From Lama glama (lineage: Eukaryota): a DNA stretch of 64,000 nucleotides. The translations under genes were made by a program, and so were the position numbers. The stretch is from assembly GCA_028534125.1 (NCBI GenBank), contig CM052817.1, forward strand, positions 15,874,001-15,938,000, given 5' to 3'. The notes beneath the pieces were generated by a model. That model did no database searches. It saw nothing but the letters and a program-made list of their open reading frames with translations, and was not told where the DNA came from. Below are positions 1 to 13,370 of the stretch, in pieces (positions within the stretch are counted from its first letter, which is position 1; each line of letters begins with the position of its first letter).

Positions 1-218
1 ATTGCAACAGTTTCTAAATGCCTTATAAATAACTGTAGTTTTAATTACACGGGGAAACTACAACATCCATCAACATTCATGACTCCTGCTAAGTATCGCC
101 ATGGTCCCAGAAAGATTCACAGTCACTTAAAAGGTTACAGCAAGGAAAGAGTTAAAGTTTTTGTATCTTAAAAGAAAAAGACCAATTTCCAGGAAACAGA
201 AGTCTAAACTTTCTTGGA

Positions 219-287
219 AAGAGAGGGGGAGACAGAGATAGAGACGGAGCCAGAGAGAAAGAAAAAGAAAGAGAGAGAGAGAGAGTA
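219..287. repeat. Imperfect (GA)n / purine-rich simple repeat
   Basis: gagagggggagacagagatagagacgg...gaaagagagagagagagag seen directly. Confidence 0.85.
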
Positions 288-689
288 GCGAGCACTGGGG
301 AGACAGCAATACAAGAAAAGGAGGAGTCCCCAGCCAAATCAGAGATGAGATTATTCAACAGTCAATATGGGTAAAAAGAAGGGGAGATTCCTTTGAACAA
401 AAGGAAAATGGGCTGTTTGATTTCTCTTGTACTTTTCATTGAACCCATTCATTTTTTCAAAAAATATTTAAAATGTATATCTTATCTATTTCCAAGTTAG
501 ACACATACAAGACAATAAAAATGAAAACCAGATCAAATCAGGTTCAAAGGAGCAAGGAAATAATCACTAGGTATGTACTTGGAATGCACTGCGTTTTTTG
601 TGGCTGAGTTCTGAGTTTCCTGGCTATTTGGACAAAAATCAAAATGTGCTGGGTTAAATAAATATTCAGTATTCAACAAAAGGAGACGG

Positions 690-925
690 GACTTCCCTGA
701 CCTCTCTAAAACAATGATCGCCCTACCCCTACTCCCAGTCATGACTATCTCTACTCCTTCTACTTTTTTCTTCAGTGTTTATCAATGTTCTAAATTTTGT
801 ATCTTTTGCATATTTTCTGTCCCCTTCCACTAGAATGTAAGGTTCATGAGGACAAGAGTCTTGTTCTTCGTTCACTATTTTATCTTAGTTCCTAGAATAA
901 TGCCTAGCACCTGGTAGATTATAGG
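690..925 (+). mobile_element. LINE2 (L2) 3' fragment
   Basis: ccactagaatgtaaggttcatgaggacaag...ttcactattttatcttagttcctagaataatgcctagcac resembles the L2 3' end. Confidence 0.8.
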
Positions 926-1190
926 TATATACATGTTGTCATGTAGTCAAGAGTGATTTTACTGTCAATACTGAATTCCAGAAGAAGTGTATCATGAGGT
1001 CCCCTAAATAAATTATACCCATAGACTATGAGGTCATGTTGGGGTGGGGAAATAGCAGGCTGACAATCCATGACAAGCATAAAGTAAGAGGCACATGCAA
1101 CTGTGTAGTGACAAGGGAAAGGAATTTGGAGCCAGAGGAACTACGTTTGGCTACCAAGGCCACCTCCTCCCACTCGGTGCCTTCTACCAG

Positions 1191-1430
1191 GCAGCATGGC
1201 ATCCTTGTGAAGCATGTGGACTCTAGAGTCAAGCAAACTAGTTTTAAATCCTGGCTCCAGAAACTTATAAGCTGTGTGACCTTTGGCAATTTACCCAACC
1301 TCTCTGTGCCTCAGTTTTTTCATCTGTAAAATACAGATAATAATAGGACTCACCTCAAAGGATTACTGTGATAATTAAATGAACTTATATGTGTAAATCA
1401 ATCAGAACATTGCCTAGCACATAGTAAAAC
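1191..1430 (+). mobile_element. MIR SINE, near full length
   Basis: Core gctgtgtgacctttggcaatttacccaacctctctgtgcctcagtttttcatctgtaaaa and tail gcctagcacatagtaa. Confidence 0.9.
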
Positions 1431-1564
1431 AAAGTACTGGTAATTAATTTGAACTTGTGCCCCTTATTTGTAAAGCATGGATAATAACTACCCTTGGAGT
1501 GGTCATAAGTGTCAAATGAACTTAATATATGTTAATGTGCTTAAGGTTTTGAGTGGACGACTTA

Positions 1565-1955
1565 ATTTTTATTTTCATGAGTGTAGCACATGTTCATCAT
1601 TAAGTTTTTCAGGAAAGATGGAAAGGAGACAGTAAAAGTCTTCTACATTCCACTAAACAGTAACAACCACTGTTAGCATTTTCTTGTATAAGTTTCCAGA
1701 TTGCTTTCAATGCCATATCTATATACAGATACAGATGTGTTTGTGAAAATATAATTTTTAAATAGCATTAGACACATACAATATACTGCTCTGAAACCTG
1801 CTTTTTAAAAACTTATTAGGGGTGTTATCTCACATCAGCAAATAGAGATCTGCATCATTCTCTATAATAGCTGCCTAGTATTCCACTGTATGAAAGTGCT
1901 TTGATTTATTTAGCCAATACTCCATTCACAGACAGTTACGGAGTTTCCAATTTGT
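1565..1955 (-). mobile_element. Ancient L1 (L1M-type) 3' fragment
   Basis: taacaaccactgttagcattt...atagctgcctagtattccactgtatg...atttatttagccaatactcc is typical of antisense old L1 3' regions. Confidence 0.7.
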
Positions 1956-2539
1956 GAAACTGTTTGGTAAACTACAAAGTAATATACAAATATTAGCGAT
2001 CATCACCATTATTTTTAAAATAAATATCTAAACATCACCATTAAATTTTTGAAAGGTCTTATTTCACTATTTCTTCAAACCCCTGGAAATGATGCTTTGA
2101 TCTAATTGTATTTATACCATCATTTAAAAAGCATGGCATTTTGAGGATCCTACTTCTGAACAGGAAAAAAACTATCAACTACTAAATCAGAACTAGGGGA
2201 AGGCATTAAGGTCTATTCCTAAGAGCCCATTTCTCAGTACAAAGACTCTGTCCTTTTCGGGCACGTGCTGCCTCACTTACTCGCCTCTGCTCGTACACTG
2301 ACCTCTCTCACTGACTGCCACCCTTTTCAGAATCTGACCATGGTTTCAGAATCTTCTTTGACAATGAATTCCAAGTAACCATTGTCAAACAACTGAAACA
2401 GGCTAGAGAGATGAAATGTATTTGCTCATCCCAAGTTCAGGATATAAAGAATGAAAAGGTGACATCCACAAGCACTTACTGAGTAGCTACCAAGCAAGGC
2501 ACACATGCTGGAAGTAGCAGATTTTGCAGCTATATTATT

Positions 2540-2680
2540 TACATCATTGCCCCTCCTATATTGTGAGTTCCTTGAGATCAGGAACCACATCCTGACCTCC
2601 TATGCAGACTCACCTTTGTCTAACAATGCCTCGTAAGAGTAGGTGCTTAATAAATATTGCTCACTTGTGGATGAGCAGTT
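2540..2680 (+). mobile_element. L2 3' end
   Basis: ttgtgagttccttgagatcaggaaccac...gagtaggtgcttaataaatattg. Confidence 0.7.
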
Positions 2681-3774
2681 GAAATAATGTCTGAAGTCCT
2701 TGATCTCACGTATTTTACAACCTCATTGATTAATAACTGAAATTATAATGAAAGTGCCAGCGTATTTTCTGAAAATAAACCCTGCCAAGTTATTTCTGGT
2801 AGAATGGAGTTAGATGGAGCATCCAAATGCATGAAAACAAGTCACTGAGAATTGCTACCCTTTTATTTTTAACAATAAATTTTCTCCCTTAATTAATGTT
2901 GTGACTTAAAGCAAATGTGCATGGCAGGAAACAGAGGGCCCTGCTGATACCAATTTTACAGAAGAAGGTGGCTGTGCATTGAGATATACTGTAGATATAC
3001 TACTTCCTAACTCGGGTCCCAGCATGAGTTGGATGGAGTCAGCTTATAAAACTCTGGCCTTTCACCTCTTCAAGGCTACCATTAACTTCTCTGTGAGTTT
3101 CATTCAAAAAATATTTACTGCACGCCCATTATCCTCCAGGTACAGCAGTAAGCACTAGATGTGGGGAGGTCTGATGACAAAAAATTATTTAAATTCAAAT
3201 ATACATAAGCATCCCAGGTCTCTTAATAATGAGTCATCATGACATATTATTCATGACTTTTCAAAGATAGGGCTTATATATTTTTATCTCCTAATATTAA
3301 AATAGGAAATCATCACTCTAACCAGGAAGATATTCCTATCCTAACATGGAAGTTAACAAATAGATTTCATTGTCTCCAGCCTATTCCAACTATCTCATAA
3401 TGGCTACCAGAAATTCATTGTTTAAAAAAATTCAACCATGTCTAAACACTGAGGAAAGTTCTGCAATTGATGAGTGATGTCTGCCATGAATAAAGAATGT
3501 GGCAAGTGGCCTGTGTGTCAAGTATTTGCCATCCCTCTTCCATATATTTCATGCTGACCCTGCTTTTCTGTTCTGCACTGTTCTCTCTGGATAACCTTAT
3601 TCTACTGGTTCTTTGTGAGTTATCTGAGAGCTTATCTATTTCATAATCCACAACCCAAGATGGTTAATAACGAGTGTTGCCAACATCCACAGTGAATCAT
3701 GTAGCATTTGACTATATCTAAGCTTCATCCTTCTCCAATTTCTTCATTTGAATATATCTAATTTTTAGAAAATA

Positions 3775-3890
3775 AAATCACAAAGCTCCCTGAGGGCACT
3801 AACCTTTTATCTTCATTCTTTTTAGCCCCTACAGCACTAAGAACCCTGCTAGCTATATCAAAAGTACTCAACAAACCTTTTGTTCGCATG
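3775..3890 (+). mobile_element. L2 3' end
   Basis: aagctccctgagggcac...agtactcaacaaacctttgt. Confidence 0.6.
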
Positions 3891-3904
3891 AGTGCATGGG
3901 GGAG

Positions 3905-4080
3905 GGTCAGTCTCAGAGCCCGAAAACCTGGCTTCCCATTACAAGTTCTCTACCTCCCACATACATGACTTTGTATAAATTCCTGGAACTATTTTGGACC
4001 TCAGTTTTTCCATCTCCAAAATAGAGAGGGGGCAGTAGAAAATCTCTAAGTTTCCAAATCAACCTAGCATTCAATGATTC
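3905..4080 (+). mobile_element. MIR/MIR3 fragment
   Basis: atgactttgtataaattcctggaactattttggacctcagtttttccatctccaaaat. Confidence 0.65.
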
Positions 4081-5898
4081 GACATACCTTAGAGGATATT
4101 TTGCTTTAAGGAAAACTTTTGCTGTTTGAAATATCTCTTTTCATCTAATAAAAGGAGAGATTTTTTTTTCTTTGAAAAAGAAGTGAATTGCAAATCCTCT
4201 TGAGAGGTGGCTCAGCTCTCACACCCTCTTCTCTTCTAAGTTCCCAATAAATGAACAGCGATTCGCTCCTCTTGCTTCAGTCCTGAAAAGAAGTCCACCC
4301 TCTTACTAATAGAAAACAGGATTTGAGTGATGGCTTTTACACTAATTGGTCAGGAGCCTTAGATAAAATATTGTTATTGACAGAACGTTCTCTTTTTTTC
4401 ATGCACTGATAAAGTAGCTTAGCAGAGCGAATAGAGAGTAAACGGAGGACAAAGAAAAAGTGCCTGAAACTTGAGTCAGATGGGAAGAATCGAGTCAGCA
4501 GTGTAAGGTTCTTGCTAGTAAGAGACCCTGTTAAGGGAATATAACGGAAGCCAACACATCCAACAAGACAACGGGAACTGGAGAGCAGGATTCGCCAGTG
4601 AGGGGATGAGAAGTGAAGAGCAAAGATCCAAAAGTCTGACTTGTTCCGTTTGACCCTTGAGGTCCATGGAGGATCAAATGTAAATGGAATCATTTTAGAG
4701 ACCATCATTTTTAACTCAGCCAGAAGAGCCGTATGCATAAAGAAATCCCCTCTCAGTCTGTCAAGCACCATATATTGATTTTAAAAGATAAAACATAAAA
4801 TGTTCAAAGGAGCATCATAAATGGAATGGTATGGGTTACGATCGAGTGCAGGGAAGCTTCCACCGGGGGCACTGTACTCTTCTCTGGCAGGTGATGAACT
4901 AACCCAGTGACCTGCCAGGTCTTTTACCCAGGAAGGAGCTCTGGCTGCTCGGACTTGATCTACGTAAATTTTTAAAAGTTGGAAATGGGACCAAGGTTAA
5001 TATTGATACGGGTCCTCATAAGGGTAGTTGGTTTATGCTGGGGTCAAGCCTTCAATCTGACATCCCTTAACTACAAAAATGCAGCAAACACTACTCGGCC
5101 ATCAGCTTGGCAATGCATAGAAGGAAACAGAGCCCAAGACAGGGCACGCAGTGCCTCCGGCCCCCACATAATTTGATTCAGGCGTACACAGCATAATCCT
5201 TTTGTTTTCAGTAGTCCTCGGACAAACTAAAGCTTCATTTTCCCCAAAACCCTAAACTTGTCTATGAAGATCTCTGAAATTCTTATCTTTTCCTCTTACA
5301 CCCAAGTTTCCTCTTCCCATCTCCGCGATCCCAGCCCTCCCACAACTTCAGAAAAGGGAACATCGGGGTCAGTTTTGCTAGAATTCTTCTATGTGGTCTC
5401 TGTATCCTACAACGCCATCACTCAGCCTCTAGTATCCTCCCTCCTGCTCGCCCTGCGATTGAAGTGCCCAGAGCCAGACCAGACTCAGGTTGCTGTTTGG
5501 CCAAAAAACAAAGAGCTCCCTCCTGTTCTTCAAACCAGTCCCAGCAATGGGAGCCTGTCCCAGCCAGAACACAGCCTCTGCTGAGGATTTACCTGCCACA
5601 CTGCCCAGCCCGGCCTTGCCCACCAAGTAAACAGCCAGGAGCCAGGATGAAACAAAAAGGACAATTGAGCCCCCATGCCACCCACCACTCCCCTCCTACC
5701 ACCCGTCTCAGCGGGAAAGGAGTGGGATCCTCCACTTTGAGCTTCGGGCAGAGGGACAATTCCTCTCTCCCACTCGCGACATTCTTCCCAGGAATGGGGT
5801 TGGCTTTGATTCTTCAGATTACATTCACAATTAAACTCTTCAAGACTTTGTACTCTGGGAAACCGATCAACAACCCAAGGCTTGTCCTCAGATAACCA

Positions 5899-5902
<4 letters not shown>

Positions 5903-5940
<38 letters not shown>

Positions 5941-5946
5941 TGTGTG
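5903..5946. repeat. (TG)n microsatellite
   Basis: Directly visible TG run with one interruption. Confidence 0.97.
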
Positions 5947-6644
5947 CTGGGGAGACGGGGGTGGGGAGTGTAAGGAATGGCACTGGATGAATGAGAAGGG
6001 GCTCTTCGACTCCTGAGAAAGTCTCCACACGGAGAACTGCATGGGAGTGAAACACCTTGTCATTTCAGACTACCTTTCTCTCGGCGTCTCCAGTTCTCAG
6101 CCCGAGCCAGGCCAGGCGTGGGATCTGACTTGGCTGCCCTTTCGTTAAATAAACCACCGCACTACATGGCAGGCTCCCAGATGCCAGGCAGCAACTCGTG
6201 CAAAGCCCCCCAGGGCACACTGAACACCATTTTGTTTGACATTTCACTGACGACAATAGAACTGTCTGAAAGTGCTCAGATGCCATCAAGCAGGCAGGTG
6301 GGAGGGGAGGGGGTAAGCAGGTAAGCACTCTGTGTGGAGGACTCCTCTGGAATTTATTGCAAAAGACATGCAAAGCCAAGTGAATGCAAGCATGGTTTTA
6401 CAGGTGCACATTTTGTGCATTCGTGGCATGGGGTGGGGGGAATGTTACTTGGACTCAGCTTCCAAAAGGAACTTAAATCCCGAAAGGAATAATAACACTG
6501 ATTCCGTGGTTTCGAGGAAAATACGCCATTCACCTAAATAGAATGCCTCCGACGGTCCTAAGATTATAATGTGATTCTAGAAATGTTAGAAGACACTTTC
6601 TAAGTGTGTGAACCTTGCTTATTACCCATCGACGGGGAATAACA

Positions 6645-6790
6645 TCATTCACTCATTCCACAAATATTTATTAAATATCCACAATGTTCATGCAATGTCC
6701 CTATCATACTAGAAGGTAGGCAGAGCAGGGAAGGATGCCTAGATAATCAGATCTGGATTCTGACCTTATGGAATTTGCAGTCTGATCAGA
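6645..6790 (-). mobile_element. L2 3' end
   Basis: cattcactcattccacaaatatttattaaatatccacaatg is an antisense L2 tail. Confidence 0.65.
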
Positions 6791-7979
6791 GAAATAACAC
6801 ACAAACACTAAAGATCCTTCGGTGGAAGGGAGAAATGTCAGGCATGTGAGAAATTGGCCCCTGATGGACCGGGTGTTTGGCACTCGAAGAGAAATTGATT
6901 CCAGCTGGGGCACAGTATATTTCTCAGCTTTGGTATGCAGCGGAAGACAGGGAGCCCTCAACATCCCATCACAGCAAGAAAGGAGCATCTCTAAGACGAC
7001 TTCACTTTCTGGCCAAGATATGCAGGTACACATCCATGTGTGGTCTGAGTGTCTATAGCCATCCAGGGGTTTTCCTCCTTTCTCGCCCCCAGGAACAGCA
7101 GAGCGTAGACGTGTTCACACAATGGCTCAGCTCCTTTTTTTTTAAAACAAAAAACAAAAAACAAAAAAAACTCTGTCACGTTTTAAGAGGATTAGCTTTA
7201 TTAGTTCAGTTAGTCCACTTTCCTTTGATTTTTTTTTTTTTAATGTTAAAAGCAAACCGAGACTACAAGGAGGAGTTGACTTCAGTGGTCCTCGGTAAGG
7301 CACCGACTCTCTGGGTCTGAGATGAAGGCTTCTGCCAGCATTTTTGCTCTCTGTGTGTTTGGTTTACTCCTGACAGATACAATGGAATGCTTCAATGAAA
7401 AACGCCCAACTCATTTTCCATCTATGAATGAACAGAAGGCACCCTGTGGCTCAGGAGGGATAAATATTCACCCCGACTGGGGGCCTGCTGGCTCGCCCAT
7501 GCTACGTACACCATGGTTGCAGCCCCTCTGGCTTCCACATGTAATTTTCCAAAGTTTGTGCTGTTTCCTGGCAGGGCGATTTATCACCGACACCTCTTTG
7601 CCACTTCAACCGGGGGCCCCGGCAATGGGGCAAGGTTCAAGGAAGTTGGCCAAAACTGAAGCAGACATTTTATCAGCTAACTACTGCATTTTCTAGCTCT
7701 TGACTTTTCCCCAGGAGCTTTTGGTTTTCATTTTGTTGGCTGCCATTAACTCCTCTGGTGCTGTACAACTCCAGGTTATTTTTTCTGAAAATAACCGAGC
7801 CTCCAGTACAGCGAGGTTTGTGGGGTGTTTTTTTTGTTTTGTTTTGTTTTTGGCAAAAGGATACTGAAGCTCCTTGCCCTTAACAAGTGAATCTCCACCC
7901 TGATTTAGTGTGTTGGAGAAGCATTTTTGAAGACAATGGAGAGATGGGCAGACTGAGCTATGGAATTGAGTCGAAAGCC

Positions 7980-8147
7980 TTTGTTTTTTCTTTTGGGTTT
8001 TTTTTTTTTTTACTTATACATATGTTTTTATTGACATATAGTCAGTTTACAGTGTTGTGTCAATTTCTGGTGTACAGCACAATCTTTCAGTCATACGTGA
8101 ACATACATGTATTCGCTTTCATATTCTTTTTCACCATAAGTTACAAG
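7980..8147 (-). mobile_element. Short, relatively young 5'-truncated L1 (cetartiodactyl/camelid type)
   Basis: T-rich tail then ttttattgacatatagtcagtttacagtgttgtgtcaatttctggtgtacagc...cataagttacaag. Possible short TSD agcctt on both sides. Confidence 0.8.
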
Positions 8148-8269
8148 AGCCTTAAATTATACACAGATCAAAAGAGGCGAGTGAGGGACGTGGCCGTAGG
8201 CCTGACTCACCCCCTTGAAAACAATTCTATTCTAGTATCTGTTGCTTTTATGGCTTCTTCACTGGCTCC

Positions 8270-8520
8270 ATCATTAATTTATTTACTCACTTATTCATTC
8301 ATTCAACAAATGAGCTTAATGAACTTGGTATGAGAATGATTACTGTGTAAGGACTAAATGCTAGTGATGGAGACAAAACAAGTGAGTAAGACACGGACGC
8401 TCCGCTCAAGGAATTCAAAGTCCTGCAGGGAAAATGCATCATCAACAAACACTTTAGATGCAAAGAGAAGGATGAAGTGACTGCTGGAAAAGAAGTACAT
8501 CAAAGAGCTGTCAGAATAAA
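8270..8520 (-). mobile_element. L2 3' fragment
   Basis: ttattcattcattcaacaaat...gtgatggagacaaaacaagtgagtaagacacgg...ctcaaggaattcaaagtc. Confidence 0.7.
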
Positions 8521-10939
8521 GAGAGAAATGAGTATAACCTGATCAGCATATATTGAGAAACAGATTCCAAACATGCTCCAATTATAGTGAAGTAAAACTT
8601 TAACTTGACTTCCTCCTGAGATGAGAAAGAGAGAAGCATCTTATCCACGCCGACCTTTCCCCTGAGGTAAAGTGTTTCCAAAAAAGTTCACTTTCAAAAT
8701 AATTTCTCCACTCTCATCCTCAGCTCCTTCTTCATATTTTCATTCGTTTTGCCCTTGTTGAAGCCATACAGTTTTCTCTGAAAGGACCACAGCCCAGAAC
8801 GCAAGGAGAAATCGTGAGCTCTCCTTCCAGGGCTGGTCTGCATTCCCGCTCTTGGCTAAGGGGGTGCCGATCCTGAGTCTGGGAAGCAAGGGTAACTCAG
8901 TTTCAGGCTTGGTCTTGCCTCTGCTGGGCACAGGTAGAAGTGCCACGATACTATGATGAATCACACAGTGGTTTTACGATGAAGATGATCAGTCATAGAA
9001 GAGTGACTACACCATCAGCTTCATTTTGTATTGCAAAACAGGCTGGACACCAAATGGGCCAGTCTTCAGCCTGTTGGCCTCCCTCTCTGTGGAGACAAGT
9101 GTGTTGCCCTCCCCCTCCTAGGAGGCCCCCTACTCCACTTTTAGGGACACTCAGTGCGTCTGGAGGAAGGATTGCTCCATTAGTGTCCACAGGAGACATG
9201 TCCAAATTTCTAAGGCCAAAGGTAAGAGTTTTTTTATTCCATTTGTTTTCTCAGGCAGGACCCCAATCACAAGGCTCTGGGACAGTCTGCCTTTTGCAGA
9301 TACAAACTTCCATGCAGCACCAAGCCCGGGTAGGACCAACTTCCTCACCACAGATGTTCACTGAATTCTGTCCCCATTCACATCATCAAAGGGCACAAGG
9401 GATGTGGTCACCTGTCCTAGCACTTCAGAGTTTTCATTTAAGCCTCCCCTGCTCCATCCTCCTTCAAACAGATGGCGGTTTTCTCCCTCTTCCCTCTCTT
9501 TTATAGAAACAAGACAGGTTCGTGGTCATGAGATCAGACCACATTGGTGTCGAGCAAAACACATTTTGTTTTGAAAAGTATGAACTAGCTGAACAATTAA
9601 ATAGCTTAAAAGACAAACCTGCAAGTGTCCTCTGGAGAATGTGTAAGCACAATTTTCTCCTAAAACGCAAACCCAGAGAACTAGATATGGTCCTGAAAGC
9701 ATTTTGTTTTTAATTAACTTTTCTAAAAATCCCCTCAATAAAAGTGATCTTTCACCGACCCATTGTCAACTGGAAGAAACAATTATTTTGGTCATCAAAA
9801 GAGTCATTTTTACCAATGTACTGTCATTATCAATCAATCTAAGGCTCTCTGCATAGCCCTGCACTAAATACAAAAATGAACAGGAGAATAAATCTGTAAG
9901 CGAATAAATTTTCTGCACACCGATCCCCGCAGGCCATGTGTTTATAAGTCAACAGCTTAAAATGAAAGCATCTGATGAAGGTAATACACCTGTTAAAGGA
10001 GCATAAAATTCCAAACCCAAAGGTAAAATATAAAGATTATAAAGCCTCTTAAAGGAGCCATCAAAGCAAACTATTAAATGAGCGCATCTGCTCTGTGCTG
10101 GAGTCTCGTGTATAAGTGCCACTCAAAGTAAAAGATTTAGGACAAACATCTCATGAAAGAATGTGGAAAGCAGTGAAGGGACCCTCTTTTGAGGACGATG
10201 AGAGAAAATGGAATGGATTCAGTTAAAAAGAACAATTGACCTAAACTCAATCCCGGCCTCAAACATAAGGTTTTACGAGTCTAGTTTTCACTGGGCGGGG
10301 TGAGACACGAGGGGACCTACAAAGATCATTTTCATGTCCCACTTTATACTTTGATTTTAGTCTACAGGCAAAAAGAAAGAAAAATGCTAAGGTTACCTGT
10401 CCTGAAATATGATATTTTAAAAAATACTAAACAAACTATATATATATACACACATATAGTCAAAGAAGTTAAGGCAATTCCTATGAAACTTTGAACTTGA
10501 CACGTTACCAAAGAACTAGAATAGAGAAGTATGAACTGCGCAAGACCGTCTGCCTACCTGACCCCCTGGAATTTGATTTTAGTCATGCTGTGTTTTCCAG
10601 GGTTTCTGCCTTTCCAAATGCTGTTTCTCAGTGTTCCATCCCCATAATGTTGGTGTTCCCTATAATTCTGTTCTCAGTTCGCTCTGCTTGTTCTTTCCTT
10701 GGAGGATGGCATTGCCTCTCAAGGTTTTACCCACCATCACTACCATAACCATCCTCCTATCTGTGTCTCCAGCCCAGAAGGCCCCTCTCAGCTCTGAGTC
10801 CACGGGCTGCCGACCACCAGCATCCTGCAAGTCCAGGGAAATGCCAAGTATCCAAACTGTATCTTCACATCCTCCCCGAACCCAGCCGCTGCTCTGTCTG
10901 TGGTGTTGGTATCAGTTGGAAAGTAGCAGCAAGATCCAC

Positions 10940-11535
10940 CCAAACCAGAAATAGAATCATCACTTTTAGTTCCTCACCACTCCTAAATCAGTTCCTTCTT
11001 TTCCATTTCACTCCCACTGCCCTGGTTCAGGCCCTTGTCAGCTTCACTCCAGGGATCTTTCTTTAAACACAACTCTGGCCACACCCACCTTGTTGTACAT
11101 CATTTCAGGGTCTCTACATTGACCTAGAGGGTGCCCTTGAACGTGGCAGGGAGGCTCTGCCCATGCCTCCAGTCTGACTTCTTATCACCCCCATCTCCCC
11201 CTCCACCACTGCCCACCACTTCCAGCTTCCAAAAGAACGCTCTTTCTCACTCACGCCTTTGCTCAAGCTCCACCTGACTTCTCTTTCTGGGCCTTTTCCC
11301 TTATCTAACATCTCTTCCTTTAAGAATCAGCGAAGATGTCAGCTTGCAGGAGGTCTCGTTGACTCCTTGAGGTCCTGCTGCTCAAGGCTCCAGAAGGCAT
11401 AGTGCACCCACCCTACTGTGGCACCCAGCACATTATAATCGTTGATCTGTACACCTGTTAACAGTCTGGTTGATGGCAGGGCCACTCTGATCCATCTCTA
11501 CATCTACCACACACAAAACAACAATTATTGAATGC
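10940..11535 (+). mobile_element. L2 fragment, degraded
   Basis: cccactgccctggttcaggcccttgtc...gcctttgctcaagct...gatggcagggcc...ttattgaatg follows L2 3' region order. Confidence 0.65.
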
Positions 11536-13249
11536 AGGATCGCTCACCAAAAGGCATATACATATCTATCCTACACATAGGTATTTTAAAGTTGCTACCA
11601 TCTTATCATGCCAGAAAAACAAGAATTTCATATACATTTCCTTCTTCACATCCCTCAACAAAAGGTTTATGGTCTTTTTCTCAGTTTTGTTTGGCAGTGA
11701 GGGAAGAGAGTAATCGAAGCTGGTTCGCCTTTTCTTGAAATTAATTAAATTGGAACGTGAGTTTTGCCAAATGATCTAATAACAATAAAAATAAATAATA
11801 ATCTCATGCACTCGCCATGTTGCAGTGCTGTTCCACGTGTTTTAGACCTGCCTTTAGGCATCCTTGCCGTGGCCCTAGGCAGCCTGGGCTCTGGGTGCTC
11901 CTGTTCTCCCCGTGTCCAAAAAGGAAAATGAAAGAATTGAGAATAACTCATCCAAAGCCACACCAATCCGGAGGGATGGAATCTTGATGCAGCTCAGGAT
12001 CTTCCACCGTGGACTCCACTGCCCTCGACCAAAATTCAGCTCATGATGATTGACTTCTACATCATGCAAATAAATTGGGCCATGAGTCAAAAATCTTCAG
12101 AGGCTTAACAGGCAAAATGGAAATGGACACCAACCAATCAGAGCCTGTTCTAGACGGCCCTGCTATAACAACGAATCCTTTGGCTCCCAGGTCATGAGGT
12201 GACCAAGGGATTCCAAGAACAAAAGCCAGGGTGACGGGGGGATGGCACTCCCAGGGCTCAGGAGACAGCTCCTTACCCACGAGCACTTCAGCATTTTGAC
12301 AGCTGATACTGCCATGATATCAGCTGACTGTCAACCCTGATTGGATTCATCAGCATAAAGGCACCAGGGGAAAGTGTCTGGCCTAAGTCTCAGAATTTGA
12401 TGGGTTACCCTCCCAAGGGTCATTGTCCTTATATGCAGCCATCATTGAGTAGAATGTCCTTAGAGGGAAAAATCCAGTTTCTGTTGGAAGAATAGAGGCA
12501 GCAGAATTATTCTGGGCCTTCAGGTTCCCTGTTTGGCATCTCCAGGCCCTAGAAGAGGGCCTGGCACCAAATAGGCACACAACCAGTATTGTGAAATAAA
12601 TGAATAAGTAACTCACCAAAACTGGATTAAGTGTCAGGTCGAAGGGGGAGACACAAAGCACTAATCTATAAAGGATGTAAAGCCCTCCCTGCTGGGGAGA
12701 AACTTAGACAGAGGGCGCTAGATGTGGGAGAAGGACAACTGTGCTAAGTTGCTCGAGGTGGAAGAATGAAACCCTCCAGCCTGCGCACACATCATAACAG
12801 ATGCTCCATAAACCGCCATCTAAGGATGTGGGCCCAGTTAACCACAGGCCTGCCGTACGGCTGAGTGGCACATGTGAGCTTGGAGCTAGAGCTGACCCGT
12901 CTGGGGCAACAGGGGCGAGGCTGACGCTGCCTCCCCAGGGCCTCCCACTCACTCCATCATTTTGCTGGAAGTGGTCCTGGTGCCTCTGCAGTGACAAAGT
13001 GGGGACATTGATGGATGTCGGAGACAAAGGCAGTAGCAGGCACTTTACTGAGGGGAGGAAGTGTGGCACTGAGGATGTGGGGGGGAGGATTTAGGAATGG
13101 CTTGACCCCCAGTAGGAAAAGAATGAAACAACCCCAAGGTTGAAATCATCCTTGAAATGTCAACATTTCAAGCCTGTGTTCAGTGTTTTCTACCTTCTGC
13201 TGCAGAGCATGCAAACAGTGACAACCAGAAGAATAATGCCTGGACTAAC

Positions 13250-13370
13250 ACCTGCCGCCTTTCACTGAGCACTCGTTCTGCCCTAGGCTAAGCCTGTCTA
13301 AGCCTTTCCTCATTAAATCTTTTTAACAACCCAATAAGGAAGGTACTATTATTATTCCATTTTATAGCTG
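13250..13370 (-). mobile_element. MIR fragment
   Basis: ctgagcactcgttctgccctaggc...aacaacccaataaggaaggtactattattattccattttatag. Confidence 0.75.

Noticed and set aside
150..290. Minus-strand acceptor after a long CT tract (AG at 214-213)
   Set aside because: The tract is explained by the microsatellite and no convincing donor follows.
290..380. Plus-strand first exon after the GA repeat (ATG...MRLFNSQY, TGG|GTAAAA)
   Set aside because: Weak donor, no promoter evidence and unrecognised peptide.
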